Origin: Octopus sinensis
Taxonomy: Eukaryota
DNA length: 64,000 nt
Direction: 5' to 3'
Assembly (NCBI RefSeq): GCF_006345805.1
Contig: NC_042999.1
Location: 36,456,001-36,520,000 of the forward strand
Shown here: positions 1 through 12,261 of the stretch, piece after piece
Numbering within the stretch: the stretch's first letter is position 1
Layout: each line of letters begins with the position of its first letter
Program-made: the position numbers and the translations under genes
The notes under the pieces: generated by a model
Told to the model about the DNA's origin: nothing
Database searches by the model: none
Seen by the model: the letters and a program-made list of their open reading frames with translations, nothing else

Positions 1-345
1 CATTACAACTACCACCTCCACCACTACCACCACCACCACCACCATCGCTACCATCATCACCATCAATACTATAATCATCATTATCACCACCATCTCTCTC
101 CATCAACATTGTAGTCTTCATTATCATCTTCATCATTACATTCACCACCACTGCTGCCAACACCACCACCACCACCACAATCAGCACTACCACTGCCACC
201 ATCACCAACACCAACACTGCTATTTCCACCACCACCACCAAAATCAGACCTACCACTGCCACCATCACCAACACCAACACTGCTATTTCCACCACCACCA
301 CCACCACCACCATTGTTATTGTCATCATCACCACTGCAACATAAC
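1..345. repeat. Degenerate (CAC/CAT/ACC)n trinucleotide low-complexity tract
   Basis: Runs of caccaccac/catcatc. An internal ~63-bp duplication (actaccactgccaccatcaccaacaccaacactgctatttccaccacc) lies at ~187 and ~250. Confidence 0.9.
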
Positions 346-739
346 AATGAATGGTATTGGCGCAGTGAACGCAGACCATGTGGCTTGTAATGGTGATTAT
401 TGATTGAAACACTGGATTCCGCTGCTCAGATCCGGGTTGTTTTTTTTTTTTTTGACTACAGTTACGAGTAAGTGTTTATTTTTCATGAGCTCTCATTCTC
501 ACAAGCACTGCTATTTTATATTTGAAATAAAAATACTTTCTTGAATAAATATATGGAGCACAGCTGGATACTCCACCAAACGTCTGAAGAAAGTTTTTGT
601 CAAGATCAATACCTTCATTGGTAGGGGTGGGGGTGTTCTCAGACCCCCAGGAAAGAGACTGTCTACTGTGAAAGCTGGAACTAAGTGCCACTATCATCAC
701 GCAAGAGGTGTTCTTTATTTTCAATCTTCTGTGAAAACA

Positions 740-885
740 CTTCTGGTCATGGAGGAATTTTATCTAGCTTGGAAACAGGTGAGGGCTAGTGACAGAAATG
801 GCATCCAGACTTAGAAAAGCCTGCCTCAACAGATTCTGTCCAACCCATGCCAGCATGGAAAAGTGAGCATTAAAATGATGATGAT
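740..885 (+). mobile_element. Retroposon family D fragment (RTE-like tail ending in (GAT)n)
   Basis: ggcatccagac...caacccatgccagcatggaaaag...atgatgatg, the same 3' end as copies at 10610, 47365 and 49789. Confidence 0.7.
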
Positions 886-1080
886 ATTTCTTTCTACTAA
901 AGGCACAAGGCCTGAAATTTGTGGGGAGGGGGCTAGTCAATTACATAGACCCAAGTGTTTTACTGGTACTTAATTTATCAACCCTGAAAGGATGAAAGGC
1001 AAAGTTGACCTTAGTGGAATTTGAACTCAGATTGTAAAGACAGACGAAATACTGCTAAGTATTTTACCAGCTCGCCAGCT
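880..1080 (-). mobile_element. tRNA-derived SINE family B, degenerate
   Basis: Reverse complement of the family B core (ttgcctttcatcctttc...taagtaccag) and ttctgagttcaaattcc B-box. Confidence 0.8.
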
Positions 1081-1384
1081 TTAAAATCATGGTGATAATG
1101 ATGATACAAAAGGCTTACACACAGATTCCTTCAACCAAAGACACTTACAAGGCATTGCTCAGCCTGGGGCTAAAGCAGAAGATACTTGCCCAAGATGCTA
1201 CACAGTGGGACTGAACCCACAGCTATCTGGTTGCAAAGTAAGCCTCATAACCACATAGCTCTTCCTGTGCCAAGTTTAATTTCACTAAACATGTCTTCAA
1301 TTATGAGCCTGATAATTATTCTTCAGTTCTCTTTCATATTCAGTTTTTGGTCCCTTTTTCTATCAAACATGTATATCTAAAATA

Positions 1385-1610
1385 ATTATTGATTTCAAAT
1401 TTCTGCACAACGCCAGCAACTTCGAGAGAGGAATGGTGTTAGTTGATTACATCAACCCTAGTGTTGAACTGGTACTTATTTTGTCGACTGCAAAAAAGAT
1501 GAAAGGCAAAGCTGACCTTGGTGGAATTTGAACTCAGAACGTAAGGACAGGTGAAATACTGCTAAACATTTTGCCTGACAGAGTAATGATTCCGCCAGCC
1601 CACCACCTTT
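1385..1610 (-). mobile_element. tRNA-derived SINE family B, degenerate
   Basis: gatgaaaggcaaagctgaccttggtggaatttgaactcagaacg matches the reverse complement of 3961-4196. Confidence 0.8.
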
Positions 1611-3099
1611 ATATCTAAAGTAATTATTAACAGCAGTTTAAAGGATGTACATTGGCCAAGTGTTACCTCGTTCATATGTTACACTATACTTTAAATGAAT
1701 TGCAAATGTACATTTACAAACACATTTTTATCATCACAATGGTATATCTCTGAAGCAAATTATAATATATGATGCGCACATCTAAAACAATCAATATTTA
1801 ACACATTTCTTTGTCACTTTGATTTTTTTCTATTTTCATTCTTCTCTTTTTTTTTATATATATATATATTTAAACTAATTCTATAAGCACCTGAAACAAG
1901 CTCATGTATATTCTCTTTGACATATAGAAGCACTTATATCATTTACAAGAATAGATTTTTTTTAGCAAATAGAGGATAACATTAGTGGCTTTATGAGAAA
2001 AAAAAACTATAAAGAATGACAGGTGTTTGTGCGTATGGGTGTGTGCGTGAGTGTGTGTGGGCATATGTGTGTGAATGTGTGTAAGTTTGTGTGTGTGTGT
2101 GAGTGCATATGTGTGTAAGTGTGTGTGTATGTGTGTGTGTGTGAGCATATGTAAATGTGTGTGTGTGTGTATGTGTGTGTGGTGGTAGGAATATCCATGG
2201 GCAAGTACCTGAAGAAGCAATTGTAAAATGGATGCTAAAATAATCACCACCATGTGGTAAGAAGCATTCTCGTGTATGGAACATTGAAAGACAAGGAAAC
2301 AAGAGAAAAAAAAAAAACATGTAGCTTCAAGAAGAAAACAGTTTTGAATGGGTAAATTGTTTTCTTTTTTGTCGTTGTGTTGTTGTTGTTTAAGTCCTGG
2401 TCAGTTCAAACAAGAAAAAAAACCCACAGTCTAGAAAGATGGCACTATGAACTGATCTTGGTGTATTTCTCCCTTTTGTCTACAGCAAGAAATTTTCTCC
2501 CTGACAAAACACATTGAATGGCTTATTTACAAGTCCAAATGTGTCACAAGCATATTTGAACTGCAAAGCATTTATACACATCACTGCTTATCACTCCTCC
2601 TCTGTAATTTGCTTACAGTTAGCTCCAGCTACACACCTTTACTTATGAACTACCACTTTTCCTATTGGTTCTGTGTATTTATGGAGCACTGCAGAGTCTA
2701 AAAAATTAGTGTGGTTTAAAAGAGCATATTGACTACCCTCTTTTAAGAAGAATGATGATTAATTTTTTACATCAAAGGAAAGGGAACATGAGACTAAGGG
2801 CTCCTTTTGCTGTATCCCAATCAAATACAGTTTTTTATCGCAGTTGGGGTAATTTAAGAACCATTGACTGATATTATCATTCAATCAGCCAGAAACAGTA
2901 GCCAAATATCCCTTGATTTAGGCTCTGTGATTTGAAAAGAGAGAAACACATTTGAAATCATAGCTTTTGATAAGAAATATCCAATTAAAGAACAAGATCA
3001 TCATGGGTGGAATGCTTGTGTCTTGTTTGTTTTTTAGAATTTCATTCACACCTAGGAAAACTTGTATGAATATAAATCAATGACAGTACTTTGATACTT

Positions 3100-3445
3100 C
3101 ATTTTATCCCTGTATCTATTTTTTTGTTAAACCTGGTACTTATTCTATTGATCTCTTTTTGCCAAACCACTAAGTTACAAGGATGTAAACATGCAAACAT
3201 TAGTTGTCAAGAATGTGGTGGGGGACAAACACAGGCAAAAAGATACAACCCCACCACCACCCACACACACTCACACACATATATATATGACGGGCTTCTT
3301 TCAGCTTCCATCTACCAAATCCACTCACAAGACTTTGGTCAGTCTCAGGCTATAGAAGAAGACACTTGTGCAAGGTGTCACATAGTGGGACTGAAACCAA
3401 AACCATGTGGTTGGGAAGCAACCCCTTAACACATAGCCATGCCTG
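3100..3445 (-). mobile_element. tRNA-derived SINE family A
   Basis: gacgggcttctttcagcttccatctaccaaatccactcacaag...gacacttgtgcaaggtg...gggactgaaacc. Confidence 0.85.
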
Positions 3446-3960
3446 CGTCTTTCATAAGCCGAATATCCTAATAACTAGGTCATGCATCTTTACATTGGCG
3501 CAAAAAAAAAAAAAAAAGAGAATGTGTTTCCTATCTTATGTGTATTGCATCGTTTATTTCCAAGCTTAAATGCTTCCTGACTTGTCGATCTTGTGTCAGG
3601 GTTGTTTGAACAAGTTAAACTTTAAATAAAGAAAATACGACAAAAGGTTTGGGAACCATTGATGTAAAAGCTTCTTCCTTGACTCAGTAGTGAGACCAAT
3701 TTCTTTTAAGGCATATTGCAGACAGTCAGCACATTAATCTGTAATGATTGGTCATTTTACCTATCATGTGAGTTTTCAACATAGGTTGAGTCCTGTGCTG
3801 TGATTGATTGAGTATTGCGTGGGATTTGGATCGAAGGTCCAATCACATTGCATGTAATACATTTGCAAATAACTAATCAGTAAGTGCTCTGGAGCCTAGC
3901 TTTTCCCATAAATTTGTGTGAGTGATTTTTGTAAAGGCAGGTTATACTGATTCAGCTTGG

Positions 3961-4196
3961 AAGGGCGGCGAGCTGGCAGAAACGTTAGCACGCCAGGCGA
4001 AATGCGTAGCCGTATTTCATCTGCCATTACGTTCTGAGTTCAAATTCCACCAAGGTCGACTTTGCCTTTCATCCTTTCGGGGTCGATAAATTAAGTACCA
4101 GTTACGCACTGGGGTCGATGTAATCGACTTAATCCTTTTGTCTGTCCTTGTTTGTTCCCTCTGTATTTAGCCCCTTGTGGGTAGTAAAGAAATAGG
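3961..4196 (+). mobile_element. tRNA-derived SINE family B, near full length
   Basis: Head ggcggcgagctggcagaaacgttagcacgcc, B-box gttctgagttcaaattcc, core ttgcctttcatcctttcggggtcgataaattaagtaccag, tail gtagtaaagaaatag. Resembles published octopus tRNA-SINEs; the exact family name needs a Dfam/Repbase search. Confidence 0.9.
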
Positions 4197-4440
4197 TTAT
4201 ACTGATTTTCTGCCATTTTTCATCAGAGAAAAATTAAAATTACGGAGCACATGTAACCAATGACGACACAAGCTGAATTGTCCAAATGATGGATGAAATG
4301 CAATCACCAGAGTTCATACTGTTTCTCACTTGATTCACCGTACCACTTTACAAAAGAATAAGGTCCCACTATTATTTTAAAGTTCATTTCTTTTGTTACT
4401 TCCACACATGAACATGCAAAATATATTATATAATGAATGG

Positions 4441-4654
4441 TACTCTTTTACTTTGTTTCAGTCATTTGACTGTGGCCATGCTGGAGCACTGCCTTTAGTC
4501 AAGCAAATCGACCCCAGGACTTATTCTTTGTAAGCCTAGTACTTACTCTATTGGTCTCTTTTGCTGAACTGCTAAGTTATGGGGACGTAAGCATACCAGC
4601 ATCAGTTGCAAGTGATGTTGGGGGACAAACACAAACACAGACACACAAACATAT

Positions 4655-4731
<77 letters not shown>

Positions 4732-4892
4732 CACGATGGCTTCTTTCAGTTTCCGTCTACCAAATCCACTCACAGGCTTTGGTCAGCCCAAGGCTACAGT
4801 AGAAGACACTTGCCCAAGGTGCCACGCAGTGGGACTGAACCCAGAACCATGTGGTTCATAAGCAAGCTACTTACCACACAGCCACTCCTACA
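4441..4892 (-). mobile_element. tRNA-derived SINE family A, full length, with internal (TA)n
   Basis: Reverse strand reads gagtggctgtgtggtaagtagcttgct...gggttcagtcccactgcgtggcaccttgggcaagtgtctt (CORE-like motif), then a (TA)n linker and the tail gactgaaacaaagtaaaagagta. Confidence 0.9.
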
Positions 4893-5119
4893 CCTAAAAC
4901 CAAAGGAGACTTTGAGATCCACCACAAAAGCTCAATTATTTAATTATTTTTAAATTGCATTTATTAACCAGATAATCAGCCGGAAAAAAAAAACAATTAT
5001 AATGATGTGTCGTGAAAAGACTTTTTTTTTTCCTTGTTAATTATTAACAAATGTGACAAAAATACAAACCAGCTGTCACCAGTAAGTTTATTTAAACCAA
5101 GAATCTTAAGATTTGTTGG

Positions 5120-5250
5120 AAAGAAAGAAAGAAAGAGAGAAAGAAAGAAAGAAAGAAAGAAGAAAGAAAGAAAGAAAGAAAGAAGAAAGAAGAAAGAAAG
5201 AATGAAAGAAAGAATGAAAGAAAGAATGAAAGAAAGAAAGAAAAGAAAAG
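5120..5250. repeat. (GAAA)n/(GAAT) tetranucleotide microsatellite
   Basis: Direct reading of the sequence. Confidence 0.95.
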
Positions 5251-5596
5251 CTGATAATTCATTTACATTTGTTATTGCAAATTTGAAGTTTTTTAGTAAA
5301 TCACAAAGGTAAATTATTATAATTACTTCATAAATTATGCAGTTCCATTTTTGTTATTAACATTTATGTCAAATGTTATTTCATTATATCTGAATAGCAA
5401 ATGGTTTGGCTTACAACAGCCATTGTCTATGACAAAATAAACAAGAAGGCTGAAAGACGTCAGAATGGTTTTGTTTTGTTTTTTATTTTATTTGATTTTT
5501 TGCTTCTCGGTTATTGTTGTTTTGTTTTGATTTGACTTACTTTATTATTATTTTTTTGTTTATTTTCAATTATGTTTAAACTATTGTTTATGGTCT

Positions 5597-5611
5597 ATAT
5601 GTGTGTGTGTG

Positions 5612-5643
<32 letters not shown>

Positions 5644-6040
5644 CGTGTGTATACACGTGCATATGTGTGTGTGTGTGTGTGCACATGTGTGTGTGTGTGT
5701 GCACATGTGTGTGTGTGTGCACATGTGTATGTGTGTCTGTACACGTGTGTGTTTGCGTGTGTGTGCACGTACATATGTGTGTTTGTGTGTGTGTGTGCAC
5801 ATGTGTATGTGTGTCTGTACACGTGTGTGTTTGTGTGTGTGTGTGTGCACGTGCATATGTGTGTGTGTGTGTGTGCACATGTGTATGTGTGTCTGTACAC
5901 GTGTGTGTTTGTGTGTGTGTGTGCACGTGCATATGTGTGTTTGTGTGTGTGTGCACATGTGTATGTGTGTCTGTACACGTGTGTGTTTGTGTGTGTGTGC
6001 ATGTGCATATGTGTGTTTGTGTGTGTGTGTATGTGTGGGT
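5597..6040. repeat. (GT)n-derived minisatellite with a 78-bp higher-order unit (4 copies, 5719-6030)
   Basis: Anchor gcacatgtgtatgtgtgtctgtacacgtg at 5719, 5797, 5875 and 5953. Confidence 0.95.
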
Positions 6041-6522
6041 GTGAATCTATCCATCCATCTATACATACATACAAAAGACATTCAGAATATTTAAATGTCA
6101 GTTGTTTTTTTTTTAATTTGACCTTTATTTATTTATTTATTTATTTATCTATTCATTTATTCATTCATTAATAAATTTATTAAATCATTTATTTAATTTA
6201 TTTATTTACTTATTTTAAAATATTATTTATTCGAAACCATTTCAGATTTTGGACTTCTTGGAAAGTTTGTTCATTTGCTCTGTAATGAGGTAAACACGAA
6301 CAACTGTATTGCCAAAAGCATCTAAAGTGTCTGGATGTCCCAGTTTTTCAAGACTGTTCCCAGTTTCCAAACAGTGGTTCCAGTGTCACAAGAGGATGCT
6401 TTGGCACTCAATAATTTATTCTGGCTTTGATTTTAAATAAATTTCAAAAATAAGTTCCCGCTTTGAACTTCTTTGTAAATATTTTCAGGTTTGCTTTTAT
6501 GTAAGTTTTATACTGGGGGGGA

Positions 6523-6553
<31 letters not shown>

Positions 6554-7118
6554 GCACAATTAGTAAAGGTCTTAATACTGAATACTTTACCAAATGATAG
6601 ATCAGAAACTGTAGCTAATTATTATAAAGAAATACTTGAATAAGAAGTTGAAAGAAATATAAGAGATGCTTTGCCCCACACAGAAACAGCATGAACTTCT
6701 TAAAGCAGTTGCAAGCTCTTGTCCTGGTAATGACTAAAGTCATCACAATACTGGTAACTTTTCCATATCAGCAGCAGGTATCTCAGGATAAGTAACAAGT
6801 GCTTTGCGCCTTAGCCTATACGCTTTAACTAAGTGGGGCAGTGAAAACTGAATTAGCCTTAGCCTGTGAAGGGGTTCCGTTTGTGGTTTCTCATCAACCA
6901 CAACATTCTTGGCAGAGGTGTGTAGCTTAGTGGTTAGAGTGTTGCACTCATTGTTGTAATACTGTGGTTTCAATTCCTAGATCTGATTACGTGTTATATA
7001 CTTGTGCAAAACACTTCATTTCATATTGCTCCAGCTCACTCAGCTGACAAAAGTGACTAATCTTTCAACAGATTGACTCTTGTTTAGTGGGGGGGGGGTA
7101 AGCAATATATATATAGAG

Positions 7119-7262
7119 AATACCAAACGAGTTCCCTATGGATACCGTATTTATTACAACAAGTGGCTTGTAAACGTATCTAACGAGCAAAAGCGAGTCA
7201 GATACGTTTACAAGCCACGAGTTGTAATAAATACGGTATCCATAGGGAATGAGTTTGGTATT
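7119..7262 (+). other. 144-nt near-perfect palindrome/hairpin with tandem G.A mismatches; probable non-autonomous hairpin element
   Basis: The 72+72 nt arms pair base for base around the loop gc-aaaa-gc (7187-7194). The mismatches fall at cgag/tgag/caag motifs. Confidence 0.9.
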
Positions 7263-8099
7263 TTATTTATTACACACGAATAAACGACCATATTTTATTA
7301 ACCCAATAACTAAATTCTTCACATCGTGTTGAAGCGTGCATGAATACAGCTTGATTTCACGTCAGTGATGTCACAATGTGTAACTGTAAAAGATGTCATG
7401 CCGCAGGAAGATAGTCCGACTTTATAGCGCTAAGTTTTCAAGTGAAATGACTAATAACTGATGACTGTTTAACATTTTGTTAACATTCAAGTTCACGTTC
7501 AAGAAATACATAACACAGATTGAATCTTCAATAACTTTAATAATACTCAAAAGTAGTGCCGTCACCATGACCTCGGGTCATCACCATGGATTGACCAATC
7601 AGAAGCAGCGCTTGCAGTATCTGACATATGTTAGATACCAAAAATATCTCAAAGTGTTCTCACTCACATGTGTGTAATAAATATATATACCACAGAATCT
7701 GGGAAACTTCGAACTGGTTTCAGCTATCATAGCTGCCTCCTTGCCTAGCTAAAGAAAAATGTGAATTATCTGGAGCAGACAGTGATTGATTGCATATTTT
7801 AAAAATAATTTTAATGTTTTTATACATTGTTATTTTAACCTTTAGAATTTTTGTGATTTGTTCTTCAATAAATAATTTAACAAAGTACACTCTGTGTATG
7901 TAAACTGAGATTCTTTCCTGTTATAGTAACATATTAGAAAAATATGGTCACCCTATTGACATCACAATCATCGTCAACACAAATGCAACTAATAGCAAAC
8001 AATACCTCATTTGTTTATGATCATTTTTAAAATTAAATATTACACTCTGTACTCAACTAAAGCATTATTCTGAAATATATGTATATTGAGTTCTAACAC

Positions 8100-9600
8100 T
8101 AGGTTATTAGTGTCATTATATCTAAGCAGAATATATAAACACACACACACACATGGACTTAAATTTATAGTTATCCCAAATTCTGACAAACCAATTAAAA
8201 GTACTGAGGGCTTTTTTAAAAATAAATTTTTGACTACAAGACTAGGGCTATTTACAAAAGTTCATATGTGAAAACAAAACATGGTCTAAACCTTTGATGA
8301 GCAAGAGTTAAAACTTAGAGAAACATGTCTCTAAAGACATAAAAGAAGAAGAGCAAAATCATTGGAGTGTCTAGAGAAAAATTCTTCAGCTTTAATTAAA
8401 AAAAGCTTACAAAGGAGAAGCCACTGTAATAATGTGCAAGAGCAATTGTGGAGAAATAACCTAAGAGCAACCAAAAGAAAAATTAAAGAAATTGGTACAG
8501 ATAACAAACGATGAACAAAACTGGAAAATTAACAAATTCAAAAGCAATTAAACAGAGAAAGAGTTTGATTGTCAAATTTTTGAGGTAAAATCAAACAACT
8601 TTTGTGGAGTATTAAAAATTTGTAAGTCTAAATAAATGTACATCATCTTAATGAATCCCTATACATTATATATAAAGATTGCCAAGCTGTCAGTTAAAAG
8701 GGACAGCAATGGGCACAACAGTTGCACCCACAATTGTAGCAATAGTGATAGGATCCGTAAAAGAAAAAAAAATTATGTGCAACCAGAGATTATTTTTTGT
8801 ATCAGAGTTGCAAAACCTATTAAAAGAAAATTGGAAAAGATTTCTTGATGGCTGTTTTATAGTTTGAAAGAAAAATATGGAAGATTTTAAAAATTAATTA
8901 CATTTATGAATTAATGAAATTCACTATAGAAATGAATAGAAACCAGCTTCTACTTCTGCAAAGTCTAATAATTAAAAAAGCATTAGATCCATACTGTGAA
9001 GAAATGGCTATACACCAGTGTATATCTGTCCATATTAAAAGAAATAAATAATTATAGTATGAGAAGACATATATGTACAAAAGATACAGATTCAACTAGA
9101 TGAGAGTTATGACTGGAATAATGAAGAATATTCTTTCAGAAATGAAAATACCCAAAAGACTTAAAGTCATAACCAAGGCAAAGTAAATACAAACCTTGAC
9201 TTACAAAGAAACTCACACAACGAGGAGGTGGAAGCAAACAGAAATATTTCATTTTCTAGTCCTAGAATCCCAGAAACCACAAAATCCTCAAAACAATAGC
9301 TTAAACTTCTACACCAGTCATCAAGTCTAAGTAAACCTATTAAAGTTCCACAAATTATTAATGAACAAAGACAACCGGTAGTTTTCAAAAGACTTTCAAA
9401 AGCCAAATTTACATTGGACGAAGAAATTATAAGAGTACCAAAATAGGATCCTCCATAGCAGGATGTGTGATTTGATTGAGTGGGGTGAAATAAAATAAAT
9501 TCAAGAATGGGAGAAAATACAAGATGCCGATGTTAGACTGACCAACAGATTAAGTCTACCACCCAAGAACTTATAATGCAAAGATCTAAAACAAACACTT
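8100..9600 (+). mobile_element. Degenerate Penelope-like retroelement RT (possibly GIY-YIG) fossil
   Basis: 8679-8867 translates QLKGTAMGTTVAPT...WKRFLDGCFIV, matching the PLE RT motifs KGTAMG and (R)YLDD. Many stops and frameshifts. Confidence 0.65.
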
Positions 9601-10392
9601 TAGGCATACCCATACGATGCTCTAACAGCTTTGTTACCTTATTATCATGGACTTTATTTTATTGATACTGAAAGGTTAAAAGACAAAATTAACCTCAGCA
9701 GATTTGAACTCAGAGTGAAGAGAGCTAAAACAAACAATAGCTAAAGAAGAAAAGAAGGATTTGTATTTTGAATATACAGAGATAAAATTTAATACCGAAA
9801 TACAATTAATCGGTTGTTAACTGTTTGTGACACTTAAATGATTTCGTCCCAATGGTATATTTAGGTCAACTTAATTTAGTTAAATTCTTTCATTGTATTG
9901 TATACCCTTATGTATAGTTACAGACAATAAAAAAAAAAGAAAAAGAACTGTTATCACAGTAGTTAACTTGTGTTAAATCATCAGCGTGGCTTATTACTGA
10001 TGCAGTTGATTGAGTAATTAAATTTCATGATTATTCTTGCTATGATATTAATTAAACATCAAAAAATAGAATTGACATTTTCTGCTTCGGCAATACTTTT
10101 TTCAGTATGTCCTGTGTGGTTTTCATATCCACCACTAAAAGTATTTGACTTTTTCTCTGTAATAACATATTTGATAAAATATGTACAAAAAAATTTAGAA
10201 AATCTGAAAAAATTGTCTTTTGTACTAGCAAGTGTTACTGGGGGTGCCTTAGCTTTTTGCAGCATAAGGAGGTGTTTTTTTCCTTTTCTTTTTTTAAATT
10301 GTAGGGTAAAACCACTTTTCTGCAGTTGATAATAATAAAGTTTAGAGCAGATATATTTGCTTTTCCTGTTCAATAGATTAATTAGATATGTT

Positions 10393-10553
10393 AGGTGCAA
10401 GCATGGCTGTGTGGTAAGAAGATTACTTCTCAACCACATGGTTCTGGGTTCAGTCCCACTGCGTGGTACCTTGGGCAAGTGTCTTTTACTGTAGCGTTGA
10501 GCTTATCAAAGCCTTGTGAGTGGATTTGGTAGATGCAAACTGAAAGAAGCCCG

Positions 10554-10601
<48 letters not shown>

Positions 10602-10773
10602 TGTATATCTCATAGTGGTTGGCATGAGGAAAGGCATCAAGCTGTAGAAACCTTGCCCAATCAGATTGGAGACTGTCGCAGCCTGCTGGCTTGCCAGTCC
10701 TCAGTCAAATCGTCCAACCCATGCCAGCATGGAAAGCGGGCGTTAAATGATGATGATGATGATAATGATAATA

Positions 10774-10805
<32 letters not shown>

Positions 10806-11013
10806 ATTTTATGTGTGTGTGTGTCTATATTTGTACCCCCACTGTTGCTTGACAACCAATACTGATGTGTTTATGTCCCCGTAACACAGCAGTTTGGTAA
10901 TAGAGACCGATATAATAAGCCCTGGGGTTGATTTCTTCGACTAAAACCCTTTAAGGCAGTGCTCCAGCATGGCCACAGTCAAATGACTGAAACAAGTAAA
11001 AGAATAAAAGAAT
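10393..11013 (+). mobile_element. SINE family A with a nested family D fragment (10610-10805)
   Basis: Head catggctgtgtggtaag...ccttgggcaagtgtctt and tail gactgaaacaagtaaaag; the D-type ccatgccagcatggaaagc...gatgat sits in the microsatellite linker. Confidence 0.85.
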
Positions 11014-11231
11014 ATATTACAACTTTAAGGGGTAGGCAATTGTTTATATTGTCTTCAACAGGATTTAAGCTCAGAGCTCAGAAGCCCAGAACAAATAAAG
11101 CATCAGATCAGTCCCTCAATAAGTGTTTTATTTCAAAGAGAACTTTAGTATCAGAGATTACTTCTAATGTTTTAAAAGAATGAAAAAAAAACAAAAATTT
11201 AAAAGGACATATGCCAAATTAATTTTCCGGC

Positions 11232-11618
11232 CTGGCTGTGTGATAAAAAGCTTGCTTCCCAACCACATAGTTTCAGGTTCAGTCCAACTGCATGGCACTT
11301 TGGGCAATTGTTTTGAACAAAGCCTTCTAAGCTGATTTGGATGGAAACCCATTGTATACACACACATAGATATATATTGATCTGTGTGTGTGTGTGTGTG
11401 TCTTTGTGTTTGTATTTGTCCCTCACTCTCACTTAATAACTGGTGCTGATGTGTTTATGCCCCTGTTACTTCAGCAAAAAAGACTGATAGAATTGGTACT
11501 AGGCTTAGCAAAAGATAAGCATTGAGATTGATTCATTCAACTAAAACTTCTTCAAAGTAGTGCCCCAGCATGACCACAGTCAAATGACTGAAACAAGTAA
11601 AAGTTAAAAGATAAAGAT
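11232..11618 (+). mobile_element. SINE family A, degenerate
   Basis: ctggctgtgtgataaaaagcttgcttcccaaccac...gactgaaacaagtaaaag. Confidence 0.85.
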
Positions 11619-12261
11619 ACATAGAAAATAAATTTTCAGAAACTTTTCTTTTTTTTTATATATTTACATAGTTACATACAAAATATAAATGTCTAGCTTG
11701 GTTTCTGCTTAGTTTAATATTTGATATGATATTCGATAAGATTCATGTCTTTAAAATTTAAATGCTATGTGTATTTCACCGAAGAGAGGAATGTATCTCT
11801 TATTATAAAAGGCAGATTTTATCTGCCTCCCTTTGTCAGTTATAGAAATCTACAATATAGGATTTCTTCAATTACAATTTACTTAGTATTTTTAAGAGTA
11901 GAATGCATCGGGTTTTGCCAGGTCCACTTTTTAAAATTTAAACTCCAATTAAGCAAAATTTACAGAAAACTCACATTCTGGTGTGTATGTCAAATGCTTT
12001 TCTTAATGTGTTTTACACCACACGCACACGCACACACACAGTGTGCAACAAATAAAATGAAAGTAATTCACCTTTTGTAGTGAGTGACTCTTTCAGTCTG
12101 CCACTTCCTCTTTACACACATAGACACGCAAATATATAAATAAAATTGTAAGCTAACGTGCGTGTGTGTGAGTGTGTGTGTGCGTGTGTGTGTGTGTGAG
12201 GGTGCGTGTGTGTGTGTGTGGGTGTGTGTGCGTGCGTGTGCGTGAGTGTGTGGCAGGAAAG

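Noticed and set aside
84-347. Gly-rich 87-aa ORF
   Set aside because: Reverse reading of a (CAC)n low-complexity tract.
5572-6171. Six-frame ORFs of 120-200 aa rich in C/V or H/T (likewise 1939-2320, 14495-15277)
   Set aside because: Translations of (GT)n/(CA)n arrays that simply lack stop codons; no protein-like complexity.
6309-6407. 12-bp inverted repeat tgccaaa(a)gcatc / gatgctttggca
   Set aside because: Too short and imperfect to separate from chance or a decayed MITE.
10059-10478. 139-aa minus-strand ORF with possible exons (QKSGFTLQFKKRKG...; KKSNTFSGGYENH...)
   Set aside because: The start is SINE-derived, and I could not join the putative splice sites into a consistent frame; no homolog recognised.
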